A stretch of DNA of 64,000 bases from a virus (Duplodnaviria > Caudoviricetes). The position numbers and the translations under genes are program-made. Position 1 is the first letter of the stretch. Every line of letters begins with the position of its first letter. The stretch is taken from the IMG/VR virus record IMGVR_UViG_3300028580_000125, positions 1-64,000 of that record, one strand, 5' to 3'. Shown one piece after another: positions 25,484-34,539 of this stretch. The notes beneath the pieces are model-generated. The model ran no database searches and was not told the origin of the DNA. It worked only from the letters and a program-made list of their open reading frames with translations.

Positions 25484-26032
25484 ATGGCCAGAATTCCCTA
25501 CCAAAAATCCCCTGCAATATTTGTCGGTGCAGCGCTTATCGCGTTGTTGCTGCATTCTGGCGTCGATCCTGACACCGCACACCAAACGGCGCAGCAGGCC
25601 ATAAACACCGTCGCAAAGTACGAGGGCTATGTTCCTGTAGCATACCGTGATCCCGCAGGGATATGGACAAAATGCTATGGCGACACAACGGATGTTGTTC
25701 CCGGCGATACATACACCGCAGAGCAGTGCGCTGCATCGTTGAACAAGCATATTGTTGAAACATCTGAACCAGTCATGCGTTGCGTTCCAGATCTCGCCAA
25801 ACAGAATCCAAAAGTAATTATTGCCTTTTTAGATATGGCCTACAACATCGGTCCAACTGCGCTTTGCAAGTCGAGCATAGCCCGTCACGCAAATGCTGGT
25901 GAGTGGACAGAGGCCTGCTATCGCATCGCGGAAATATACAAAACCGCGAAAGGCATACCGCTACAGGGGCTAGTTATCCGACGCACTGATGAATCTGAAA
26001 TGTGCCTTCAGGGGCTCAAGGAAGGACGCTGA
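25484..26032 (+). CDS. Endolysin (GH24 lysozyme), probable SAR type
   Basis: EG...YRDPAGIWTKCYGDT catalytic E-D-T, AYNIG, GLVIRR..E; N-terminal weakly hydrophobic helix; AGGAG RBS. Confidence 0.9.
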   Translation: MARIPYQKSPAIFVGAALIALLLHSGVDPDTAHQTAQQAINTVAKYEGYVPVAYRDPAGIWTKCYGDTTDVVPGDTYTAEQCAASLNKHIVETSEPVMRCVPDLAKQNPKVIIAFLDMAYNIGPTALCKSSIARHANAGEWTEACYRIAEIYKTAKGIPLQGLVIRRTDESEMCLQGLKEGR

Positions 26033-26033
26033 T

Positions 26034-26153
26034 ATGGAGCAAGACGTCTACGAACTGTATTACGCGGCGCGCGCAAAATTCTTGCGTATTGGCATCATCG
26101 TCGGCCTTGTTGCCGGATTTTGTCTTGGATTCTTTTGCAGGGGGCTATTCTGA
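26034..26153 (+). CDS. Small single-TM protein (holin/antiholin candidate, 39 aa)
   Basis: Translated by hand: MEQDVYELYYAARAKFLRIGIIVGLVAGFCLGFFCRGLF; fills the gap between endolysin and the next gene exactly. Confidence 0.5.
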   Translation: MEQDVYELYYAARAKFLRIGIIVGLVAGFCLGFFCRGLF

Positions 26154-26464
26154 TGTTTGCTGCAATCACTTGGATATTGGGCCTTATCAAGGGAATTCCT
26201 GGCATAGGAGCCATCATTGAAAGGTTTACGGCTGGCAACGCTGAAGCCGAAAAAATCAGGGCACAGACAGAACTTGTTGAGGCAGAAGCCTTCAAAGAGG
26301 GACGAGTGGCTCCGCGATATATGAAGCAATACGTCTTCATTGGTGCGTTCACAATCGTTCTCGTATTGATCGTTGTTTCAGCATTCTTCCCTGAAGTGTC
26401 CGAGGTGACAGACAGCATTGTAGACAGGGTCGCCAAGGCCAGCAAAACCCTGATGGTGTTTTAG
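26153..26464 (+). CDS. Putative holin
   Basis: Two hydrophobic segments; lies in the lysis cassette. Confidence 0.55.
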   Translation: MFAAITWILGLIKGIPGIGAIIERFTAGNAEAEKIRAQTELVEAEAFKEGRVAPRYMKQYVFIGAFTIVLVLIVVSAFFPEVSEVTDSIVDRVAKASKTLMVF

Positions 26465-26466
26465 CC

Positions 26467-26742
26467 ATGACGTATGAACTTTCATTGCTCATAAACACCT
26501 GCCTCATGGGGTACTTCCTGTGGTCAATACGCGCTTTTTTGAAATCACATCAATCACAGCATGAGCAGATTACAGAAGACAATAAGGCCCTCGTTAAAGC
26601 GATTGAAGGCCTTACTGCTGTTTACGCCAGCAAGGAAAGTGTCAGCAGGGCTCATGCCCGCTTGGATGACGTTGAAAGCACCGTAGACAACCACGGTGAG
26701 CGCTTGGCGCGCGTAGAAACCAGGCTTGAATCCGTAAAATAG
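26467..26742 (+). CDS. Membrane-anchored coiled-coil protein (lysis cassette)
   Basis: N-terminal TM; C-terminal RAHARLD...RLARVE coil. Confidence 0.55.
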   Translation: MTYELSLLINTCLMGYFLWSIRAFLKSHQSQHEQITEDNKALVKAIEGLTAVYASKESVSRAHARLDDVESTVDNHGERLARVETRLESVK

Positions 26743-26753
26743 GAAAACAGGCT

Positions 26754-28871
26754 ATGGACACAGAACAACAGCAAGCCCCGAACATTGGCGCCCTCGCGTC
26801 TCAACTCATGGCTGAATTCAGCGAGGCGCAGCGGTCGCGCGCAATGGTGAATGAACGCTGGCTTGAGGATTTGCGGCAATATCGCGGCATCTATGCCGGT
26901 GATGTGTCCAAGAGGCTCAAGAAGAACAAGTCTTCGCGTGCGTTCTACCGGCTGACGACTGCCAAGGTTAATACCATGACGGCCAGGCTTATGGACTTGC
27001 TGTTTCCTCAGCGCACCAAAAACTGGTCCATATCCCCCACCCCCGACCCGATGTTGCCAGATGATGTCGTGATGGATGCCCTCAAGGACGAGATAGGCCA
27101 ATCCGCACAGCAGATCATGGGCGAGATGATGCAAAAGCTGCAGGCGCAGAACGTAATCCCTGACGCATGGGCGGCACAAAACATTCAAACCGAGGCTTAC
27201 AATCAGGCTTTTGCTCAGGCAGACACAGAGCCTGCAAGGATCAGGATTGCTCAGGATCGCGCCAAGGCCATGGAAAACGTGATCGATGACCAGCTGAAGG
27301 AATGCAATGCCAACGGACAGCGCCGCCCAAGCTGGCGCCAAAATTGCCGCACGATTGTCAAAAGCTCCTGCCTCTATGGCATGGGTGTCCTTAAAGGCCC
27401 CCTGATCGAGCGTGTCGTTACAAAACGCTTCGTTCCAACCAAGGATACCTCCGGCAACGTTTCGTGGAAGGAGCAGGAATACTCGCAGGATTTGCGCCCA
27501 TATCATGAGGCTGTGAGCATCTGGGAAATCTACCCTGACCCCGGCGCGCGCCTTCCTTCCGAGCTCAGATATGTTTGGCAGATCCACACAATGGCTGACA
27601 AGGATTTGGCCGACCTGAGAAACTTCCCAGGATTTGACGCAGAGTTGATCAAAGACCACATGGCGGCCAACGAGGACGGCGACGCGCAGCTTTCTGATTG
27701 GGAAGTGCAGGTGCGCGAGCTCAATGACGACAATATTTCCAACGGCCAGCCACTTAAAAAGCGGTTTCGCGTCTACGAACGGTGGGGTTTTCTTTCCGGC
27801 AAAGACCTCGCGTCTGCTGGTGTCGAGATTGCCGCAGAGGACATGACCAAGATTTATTCCTCCTGCATCTGGATTCTAGGTAACTCCATTATCAAGGCCT
27901 CGGTGAACCCGTTGGAAGGCGTAGATATCCCCTACCACTTCTACCCCTACCAAGACGACGATTCATCGTTTTGGCCCGAGGGTATCGCCTACCAACTGCG
28001 CACGCCGCAATCCGGCATTAATGCTGCCGTCAGGGCCATGCAAGATAATGCTGGTGCATCTTCCGGCCCAATTTATGGAATCAACACGCAGGCTCTTGAC
28101 GACACTCAGTCCGTTGACGAGATGCGCGCCAATAAGCTGTTCCTGTTTGCCAAGTCTGGCATCAACCTTTCTCAGGCATTCCAAGCGGTAACGGTCCCGT
28201 CAGCGATTGAACACAACATGACCCTGCAAAACTTTTGGCAGCAGGTTGGTGACGAGGTTTCCACGCCGCGCTTCAATCAGGGCGACGGCAACATCGCGGG
28301 CGCAGGTAAGACAGCCAGCGGCCTTTCTATGCTTATGGGCGCGTCCAACATCCTGCTCAAGGATCACGTCAAAGATTTTGACGACTTCGTTGTGGCTCCC
28401 TTCATTCGGGCCATGTTCCGCTGGAATATGCAGTGGAACCCGCGCGAGGACATCAAGGGCGACTTTGAAGTTGTCGCCTCTGGCAGTCAGTCACTCATAG
28501 CCAAAGAGGTACGCGCACAGCAGGTTCCGGCGCTGATCGGCTATCTCGGAATCCCCGCCTTTGAACCATACCTCAAGGCAAAAGAGCTACTTGAGGTTGC
28601 CCTTGAGCAGACAGACCTGCCAGCAGAACGGCTCCTGCGCTCCGATGACGAGGCAAAGCAATATCAGCAACAGATGATGCTCGACCAGGCCAAGGCCCAA
28701 GCTCAGGCCCAGGCCTCGGCGCTTGTTGAACAGCTTGAACGCCAAGGCCTGCCCCCTGAACAAATCCAGCAGCAGTTGTTGATGCTCCTATCGAAAACCG
28801 TTCCAGCCACAATGGGCCCAGGCGGCCAGCAGCCAGGCGCAGCAATGCCGCCGCAAGGAGCGATGCAATGA
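26754..28871 (+). CDS. Portal protein
   Basis: 705 aa; YGMGVLKGP, IYPDPGA, VYERWG, TASGLSMLM, IKGDFEV; Gln-rich C-terminal barrel; precedes scaffold and capsid genes. Confidence 0.88.
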   Translation: MDTEQQQAPNIGALASQLMAEFSEAQRSRAMVNERWLEDLRQYRGIYAGDVSKRLKKNKSSRAFYRLTTAKVNTMTARLMDLLFPQRTKNWSISPTPDPMLPDDVVMDALKDEIGQSAQQIMGEMMQKLQAQNVIPDAWAAQNIQTEAYNQAFAQADTEPARIRIAQDRAKAMENVIDDQLKECNANGQRRPSWRQNCRTIVKSSCLYGMGVLKGPLIERVVTKRFVPTKDTSGNVSWKEQEYSQDLRPYHEAVSIWEIYPDPGARLPSELRYVWQIHTMADKDLADLRNFPGFDAELIKDHMAANEDGDAQLSDWEVQVRELNDDNISNGQPLKKRFRVYERWGFLSGKDLASAGVEIAAEDMTKIYSSCIWILGNSIIKASVNPLEGVDIPYHFYPYQDDDSSFWPEGIAYQLRTPQSGINAAVRAMQDNAGASSGPIYGINTQALDDTQSVDEMRANKLFLFAKSGINLSQAFQAVTVPSAIEHNMTLQNFWQQVGDEVSTPRFNQGDGNIAGAGKTASGLSMLMGASNILLKDHVKDFDDFVVAPFIRAMFRWNMQWNPREDIKGDFEVVASGSQSLIAKEVRAQQVPALIGYLGIPAFEPYLKAKELLEVALEQTDLPAERLLRSDDEAKQYQQQMMLDQAKAQAQAQASALVEQLERQGLPPEQIQQQLLMLLSKTVPATMGPGGQQPGAAMPPQGAMQ

Positions 28872-29089
28872 GCGCTCGAAGCTCAAAGGATGCGTCCATA
28901 AGAACGCTTCGCTCATGCAATGGGCAAGGTGTCTATACAGCACTCACAGATTTGCTGAGTTCAGTAATTGTCGAGGCCCATGAAGAGATGGAATCGGCAA
29001 CTGACAATATCACCATTTGGCGCGCTCAGGGTAAGGCCACCGCAGCCAGAGACCTGATAGCCGCCATAAAACCGCGTGACGCGGAATAA
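28868..29089 (+). CDS. Small head-module protein
   Basis: IWRAQGKA motif; typical position between portal and scaffold. Confidence 0.6.
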   Translation: MSARSSKDASIRTLRSCNGQGVYTALTDLLSSVIVEAHEEMESATDNITIWRAQGKATAARDLIAAIKPRDAE

Positions 29090-29099
29090 GGAGGAGATC

Positions 29100-30005
29100 A
29101 TGAGCCAGGTTAATGAAAACGATCTGCAGCAGGGAGTTGAAACCCCCGTTGACGACGAAGAGACCCAATTCGATCAGGGCTTTTCCCTCGGCGAAGACGA
29201 AGCAGAAGCCAAGGGCAGTGCTGAAAATGGCCAGGAGCAGGAAGCCAACAGCGAAGGAAATGAAGCCGCTGGTTCCCAGGAACCCGCCAAGGCTGATGAA
29301 GGCAAGCAGCCCAATGTTCAGAATGAACAGCCGCCGGCCGCAGAACAGCCCCAGCAGCCCCAACCGCAGATGGAACAGCCGCGCGAAAGCGCACCGGCAG
29401 AACCTGAGCCGCCGAAAAAAATTGAAGTCCCTGAAAACCTCACTGAGGAATTTGCGACCCTCAAAAAACTGAACCCGGCCGCAGCAGAGCTTGCGCTTGA
29501 GGACTCGCCAGAAGGCGAACGGCTCAGGAGCCGAATGGAAGAATACGGGGCCGAGATGGCCCTTGATCGCGCTGAAGTCGTTCTTGATAAGCGCAACCGT
29601 GATGTTGCCACGCGCAAGGCTGACTTTGAGCGCCAGCAGCAGGCAGTGCAGGAACACAATAATCGCTTCATGTCCACGCTCAAGCAAACGCACCCTGACT
29701 ATGCGGCCATGATTACTGACCCGGCCAGGCGCGACGAAGCGGTCAAAAAGCAGAACGAAATCATCGAATGGATCAACGGCAAGCCATACGCTGAAGGCGC
29801 AAGGCTTATGCAGGTTGCAAAGTCGGGGCGCGACCCGAACGAAATATGCGCCCTGCTCACCCAATTTGAGAGCGAACGTCAGGCGAAGCCGAAGCTGGCT
29901 GATCCAACGGGAGCTCTCGCTGTGCCAGGAAGGGGTGCGCCCGCCGCGCCCGCAGGCATCGGAGATAAGGACGACTTCGATGCTGGATGGAACCTCGAAA
30001 AATAG
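29100..30005 (+). CDS. Capsid scaffolding protein (putative)
   Basis: Acidic, Gln/Pro-rich, coiled coil, ends DDFDAGW; AAGGAGG RBS; upstream of the capsid gene. Confidence 0.7.
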   Translation: MSQVNENDLQQGVETPVDDEETQFDQGFSLGEDEAEAKGSAENGQEQEANSEGNEAAGSQEPAKADEGKQPNVQNEQPPAAEQPQQPQPQMEQPRESAPAEPEPPKKIEVPENLTEEFATLKKLNPAAAELALEDSPEGERLRSRMEEYGAEMALDRAEVVLDKRNRDVATRKADFERQQQAVQEHNNRFMSTLKQTHPDYAAMITDPARRDEAVKKQNEIIEWINGKPYAEGARLMQVAKSGRDPNEICALLTQFESERQAKPKLADPTGALAVPGRGAPAAPAGIGDKDDFDAGWNLEK

Positions 30006-30026
30006 TCCAAGAAAGCGAGTTCAGTT

Positions 30027-31058
30027 ATGCCTATTACTACCACCGGCGACATCTCGTACCGCACTGCTGGTTACATGTCGAAAGAGCTTCTCAAGCGGGC
30101 TCAGCCCCTGCTCTGTGTAACCCGCCTTGGGCATCCCAAGCCGCTGCCCAAGAACTCCACACGAACCATCAAGTTCCGCGGCTATCAGCACATTGCCAGC
30201 CAGCCCAAAGTGTTGGTTGAAGGCGTGACCCCTGAGGCCAGCAAGCCTGAATTCAGGGATGTGTTCTGCACCGTTGAGCAGTATGGCGACTGGGTTGAAT
30301 TGACTGACGTCATCAAGGACACCCACGAAGACCCCATTCTCAACGAATTCACTGACATGCTTGGCGAACAGAGCGCCATCATGTTGGAGCGCGTTACCAT
30401 CGGCAAGGTGCTTGCCGGTACCAACGTTTACTACAGCGGGACCACCGGCGGCGTGATTGCGACGAAGCGCAGCAGCGTCAACAAGCCCCTGAACATCAAC
30501 CTGCAGCGCAGCGTGCGCCGTGGCCTTGAACGGCAGTTGGCAAAGCCGATCACCAAGATTGTGAGCGCGTCTCCCAATTTCAACACGTCGCCTATTCCCC
30601 AGGGCTTTATCGCCGTTTGCCATACGGATTTGGACTCCGATATCCGCGACATGCCCGGCTTCATCCCTGTGGAAAAATACGCCCAGCAGCAGATCCTCCC
30701 TGGCGAAATCGGCACCGTGGAAAACATCCGCTACGTCGGCACCACGCTCCTTGAGCCGTTTGCTGACGCTGGCGCTGCGAGCGAAGCTGGCCAGAAGGCC
30801 GTTCTTTCTACGAGCGGTGCCTGCGCCGACGTCTACCCCATTCTCTTCTTCGGCCAGGACGCTTTTGGCGTCATTCCCCTGGCGCGTGAAAAGAGTGGTG
30901 CTTCTCCCATTACTCCCATGGTTCTTAACCCCGGCGTTCCCCGCAGTGGCGACCCCCTCGGTCAGCGCGGAAGCGTAAGCTGGAAGGCTTACCACGGCGC
31001 CGTCATCCTTTACGACTTCTACATGGCGCGCGTTGAAGTGGCCGCCTCCGCCCTCTAG
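30027..31058 (+). CDS. Major capsid protein, N4-gp56 family
   Basis: LVEGVTP, QYGDWVELTD, GFIPVEKYA, GEIG.VENIRYV, DVYPIL..GQDAFG, DPLGQRGSVSWK. Confidence 0.92.
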   Translation: MPITTTGDISYRTAGYMSKELLKRAQPLLCVTRLGHPKPLPKNSTRTIKFRGYQHIASQPKVLVEGVTPEASKPEFRDVFCTVEQYGDWVELTDVIKDTHEDPILNEFTDMLGEQSAIMLERVTIGKVLAGTNVYYSGTTGGVIATKRSSVNKPLNINLQRSVRRGLERQLAKPITKIVSASPNFNTSPIPQGFIAVCHTDLDSDIRDMPGFIPVEKYAQQQILPGEIGTVENIRYVGTTLLEPFADAGAASEAGQKAVLSTSGACADVYPILFFGQDAFGVIPLAREKSGASPITPMVLNPGVPRSGDPLGQRGSVSWKAYHGAVILYDFYMARVEVAASAL

Positions 31059-31073
31059 GCAAAGGATCGAATC

Positions 31074-31526
31074 ATGCCCAAGGACAAAGATATGACCAAC
31101 ACCCAGGAAGGAACCGAAACGGGTGCCGCCGACACCAGCGCAGAAGTGAAGGGCGTGGACGATGCCCCGTCTACCGATGCAACGGTTGCGCAGCGCGAAC
31201 GGATGTCAACGAACCAGGTTCGCAAGGGACGCTGGGTAAGAATCGTTCTGGCAAGCGGCCAGGAAGAAGCCGAACGCGCCCCAGTGCCGATTGCCGTTAA
31301 TGGCTACCAGTGCCTGCTCAAACGCGACGAGGAAGGGATTATTCCCGAATCCCTTCTGAACGTGCTTGAAGACGCAGTTGAAACGCGCCCGGTTGTCGTC
31401 GAAGAAGGCGGCTCCCGCAAAGTTACCTGGAAGAAGATCAAGCGGTTTTCGTACATGGTTGTCGGCTCTTACGACACCAAGGCCGAAGCCGAAGCGGCTG
31501 CGGAAGCTGCGAAGGACAGCCAGTAA
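31074..31526 (+). CDS. Conserved phage protein downstream of the capsid gene
   Basis: VPIAVNGYQCLLKR....IPE....VLEDA...RFSY pattern. Confidence 0.65.
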   Translation: MPKDKDMTNTQEGTETGAADTSAEVKGVDDAPSTDATVAQRERMSTNQVRKGRWVRIVLASGQEEAERAPVPIAVNGYQCLLKRDEEGIIPESLLNVLEDAVETRPVVVEEGGSRKVTWKKIKRFSYMVVGSYDTKAEAEAAAEAAKDSQ

Positions 31527-32239
31527 TGCGCGCCGCCGAGGTATTGCGCTTGGTTTCTGGCGCGCTGCAAGACCTCGAACCAGGCCTCGAATCAAGATGG
31601 CCTTGGGAAGGTGGAGACGACGGACGTATTGGACTCCTTGATTTCCTCAATGAGTCCATGCGTGTTGTCGTCATGCAACGCCCAGACGCCTTTGCGATTA
31701 CAGAGCCTATCCGGCTCGAGCCTGGTATGCGGCAACGCATGCCGAGCAAAAAGCGCAACTCGGCATCGCGCAACGCTGCAACGCTTATTGAGCTTGTGCG
31801 CAACCTTGGACAGGACGGGGACACCCCTGGACAGGCCATTGTGTCTGCGCAGCCATCCCTGCTGCTGGCATGGGCCGATGCCACACGCGCTGCGCGCAGT
31901 GTGGAAAATTTCGCCTATGACCGTCTCACTAACCCCAACATTTACTACGTCTACCCAGCCGTGTGCGAAGACGCTGACGTGTGGGTCGAAGCCACATACA
32001 GCGCGGCCCCGGAAGCCATAACCAGCCCAGAGCAGGAGATTGGTTTGCCAGAGGGCTACGCAGCGGCGCTGAAACACCATATTCTGGCGAGTATTTTGTC
32101 TGGGGATAACGAAAGCAGCAACGCCAGCAAGGCATCCCTCCACCTGCAACTCTATGCGCAGATCCTCGGGATCAAGTTGCAGGTGGACGCCGGATGGCCA
32201 AAGGCAAAATCAACCGCGCCCGCAGGAGGTGCAGCATGA
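31526..32239 (+). CDS. Head-tail adaptor protein (putative)
   Basis: LQD....RW....LLDFLNE.......RPDA and YYVYP motifs. Confidence 0.7.
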   Translation: MRAAEVLRLVSGALQDLEPGLESRWPWEGGDDGRIGLLDFLNESMRVVVMQRPDAFAITEPIRLEPGMRQRMPSKKRNSASRNAATLIELVRNLGQDGDTPGQAIVSAQPSLLLAWADATRAARSVENFAYDRLTNPNIYYVYPAVCEDADVWVEATYSAAPEAITSPEQEIGLPEGYAAALKHHILASILSGDNESSNASKASLHLQLYAQILGIKLQVDAGWPKAKSTAPAGGAA

Positions 32240-32808
32240 TGAACAGAATGGAACAGCTTGGAGTCCTTGTGCCAAGGGTTCTGCCACAAGTTCTGCCGTG
32301 CCCCCGCAGCATGGTTATTGATGCCCTGCAATACATTGCGGGCGATTTTTGCGGAAAGACTGGCGTGTGGTCCATGACCCTGCAAGAAGACGCAATCAAA
32401 GGGGATAGCGGAATACGGCTCAATCCTCCAAAGGGCGTTGCTATTTCCAGAGTCGAGTCTGTCTACATTGATGGCTCGTACATTGACAAAGATGAGTATC
32501 GCTCAACGGCAAACGACATCCTGCTTGGATTTGTGCCACAGCGTGATGCCATTGCCACAATCATGTGCACCGTGAGGCCGTCCCGTAATGCGGAATCCTT
32601 ACCAGAAGAGATTGCCGAGGAATGGGGCGACACAATCGCATATGGGGCCCTGGCAAAAGTTAAGGCCATGAGCGGAAACAATATCGAGTGGACAGATGCC
32701 CAAGGGGCCAAATTAGCCCTTGAACTATACAACGAGGGCTGCGCGCGAGCGAGGGCCAAAATGATACGCCGCAAGCACGGCGACAGCCTTTTTGTGGGGG
32801 ATCTATGA
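32236..32808 (+). CDS. Second adaptor-like virion protein
   Basis: PQVLPCP...FC.KTGVW...IAYGALA; GGAGG RBS. Confidence 0.6.
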   Translation: MMNRMEQLGVLVPRVLPQVLPCPRSMVIDALQYIAGDFCGKTGVWSMTLQEDAIKGDSGIRLNPPKGVAISRVESVYIDGSYIDKDEYRSTANDILLGFVPQRDAIATIMCTVRPSRNAESLPEEIAEEWGDTIAYGALAKVKAMSGNNIEWTDAQGAKLALELYNEGCARARAKMIRRKHGDSLFVGDL

Positions 32809-34454
32809 GCAACACAATACCCACAGTCAAAGTAACCGCAAGATTCGTTGACCAGCTTGGCGCGCCTGTCTGCAAGGCTGTTGTGACCATGCGGCTTACT
32901 ACAACGGAACGCTATGCCGGGTACATTGTTCCGCGCGAGGCGCGGGCTGTGACCGATGCAATGGGCGTTGCCGTGCTGCAGGTATGGCCCAATGAACTGG
33001 GCACTGAAAGCAGCGAGTATGCCGTTTCTGTCACATTCCCAGATGCTTGCGCTGCAAACAGCAGCATAGCGCCAATGCGCAGCATCAGGGGAAACTGCGT
33101 TGTTCCAAACGCAGATTGCAACCTGCAAGACATAATGGAGTTGCCCGCTTACGAGCCGCGCAGTGCTGGACAGGCTGTAGAAACAGAGGTCGCGCACTGG
33201 GCGTCTTTGGCTGCCCAGTATTCGGAAGGTGCCAGGGCTTCAATGCAGGGTGCGCAGTCCGTTGAGACCAGGCTTAATGCCACAGCTGACGTGGCATCTG
33301 CCTCGCGGCTGGCGGCGCAAGAGGCCGCACAGTCAGCAAGCGCATCTGCTACGCGGGCGCAAGGTCTTGTCGATGGAGTTTCAAGCACCATAAGCCACTT
33401 CCAAAACTCTGTTGTCGAACAAACAGCAGAAACAGTGGAACGGCTTACGGTTGATGCGACAACTTCCATCGGCCAGCACAAAGCCTCTGCCATCGACGAG
33501 ATCGGCGCCAAGGTTGAAGCGACTATGGATGAATCCATAGCCACTTTGACGCAGGCCAGATCAGAATCAATGCAGGCCGTATCAGGCGCAAAGCAGGCTG
33601 GCCTTGATCAAATATCAACGGCCGGGGCCACTCAGCTTTTGGCGCTACGCAATGAGGCCGCACTCTTTGGCGAGGACTTTGAAAACCTCACCGAACGCGC
33701 GGAATCCGCAGCAAAGAAAGCCGGGTGTTCATCTGCCGCAGCGGCCAATGCTGAGAGCGTAGCAACATCCGCGGCTTCGCGGGCCGAAAGTGCAGCACAA
33801 TGGCTTGAGAGGCACAGGGACGATGCCTTGTCTGCTGCCACCAGGGCCGTCGCTGCAGCACAAACCGTTGACGCGGCAGCAAACACAGCCACGGCCAAAG
33901 CAACCTTGGCCGTGAATGCCGCAGCGGAAGTGGCCACAGCTCACCAGTCAATATCTCAAAGTGAGCAGTCTGCAGCTGCCAGCGCACAGGTGGCCACGGC
34001 AGCGAAGAATGCCACCGCAGCAAATGCCGAGGCGGTGGCCACGGCAACTGCCAACATGGAACAGTCCATAGCGGCTGCGGCTGGCAAGCTTGTGAACGAA
34101 GACATTGTAAACGCAGCAGTATCCCAGGCAACTGCAAGCGCAACGGCTGCCGCGACAGCGGCAACCAATGCGGCAACGTCTGCTGGACAAGCTGCTTCTG
34201 TCGTCGAAACACACGCCGCTGAGGTCGCAACGGCTACCGCAAGGGTGGTTGATATCGCCGGACAAATGACCCTGGGGCTAAACGTTGAGAAGTCGACAAT
34301 CGAAATGGCCGCATCGGTCATACGACTCACCGATCACTCAACGCAGCTTCAGGTTGATAACCTCACTGCTTCTGTGTCTGGGGTTGATATGGCCACTGAG
34401 CTTGCGCGCCTTTCCGGCAGGGTAACGCGCCTGGAACTGCAAGGGGCATCCTAA
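32805..34454 (+). CDS. Tail fibre stalk-like protein (Ala-rich coiled coil)
   Basis: N-terminal attachment domain (TDAMG..VLQVWPNELG..SEY) plus long Ala/Ser/Thr repeats. Confidence 0.7.
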   Translation: MSNTIPTVKVTARFVDQLGAPVCKAVVTMRLTTTERYAGYIVPREARAVTDAMGVAVLQVWPNELGTESSEYAVSVTFPDACAANSSIAPMRSIRGNCVVPNADCNLQDIMELPAYEPRSAGQAVETEVAHWASLAAQYSEGARASMQGAQSVETRLNATADVASASRLAAQEAAQSASASATRAQGLVDGVSSTISHFQNSVVEQTAETVERLTVDATTSIGQHKASAIDEIGAKVEATMDESIATLTQARSESMQAVSGAKQAGLDQISTAGATQLLALRNEAALFGEDFENLTERAESAAKKAGCSSAAAANAESVATSAASRAESAAQWLERHRDDALSAATRAVAAAQTVDAAANTATAKATLAVNAAAEVATAHQSISQSEQSAAASAQVATAAKNATAANAEAVATATANMEQSIAAAAGKLVNEDIVNAAVSQATASATAAATAATNAATSAGQAASVVETHAAEVATATARVVDIAGQMTLGLNVEKSTIEMAASVIRLTDHSTQLQVDNLTASVSGVDMATELARLSGRVTRLELQGAS

Positions 34455-34539
34455 ATACTGATCAGGCTGACCCTGAATTGATGCCGCTATTTCATAGCTG
34501 AGGCCAGTGGCCCCGGCTTCAACAAGCAACGGAGTTCAT

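Noticed and set aside
30027-31058. Classification as an N4-like (Schitoviridae) lytic phage
   Set aside because: Only the capsid family is N4-like. The giant gene is a methylase-helicase, not a virion RNA polymerase, and the phage has an integrase and a repressor switch.
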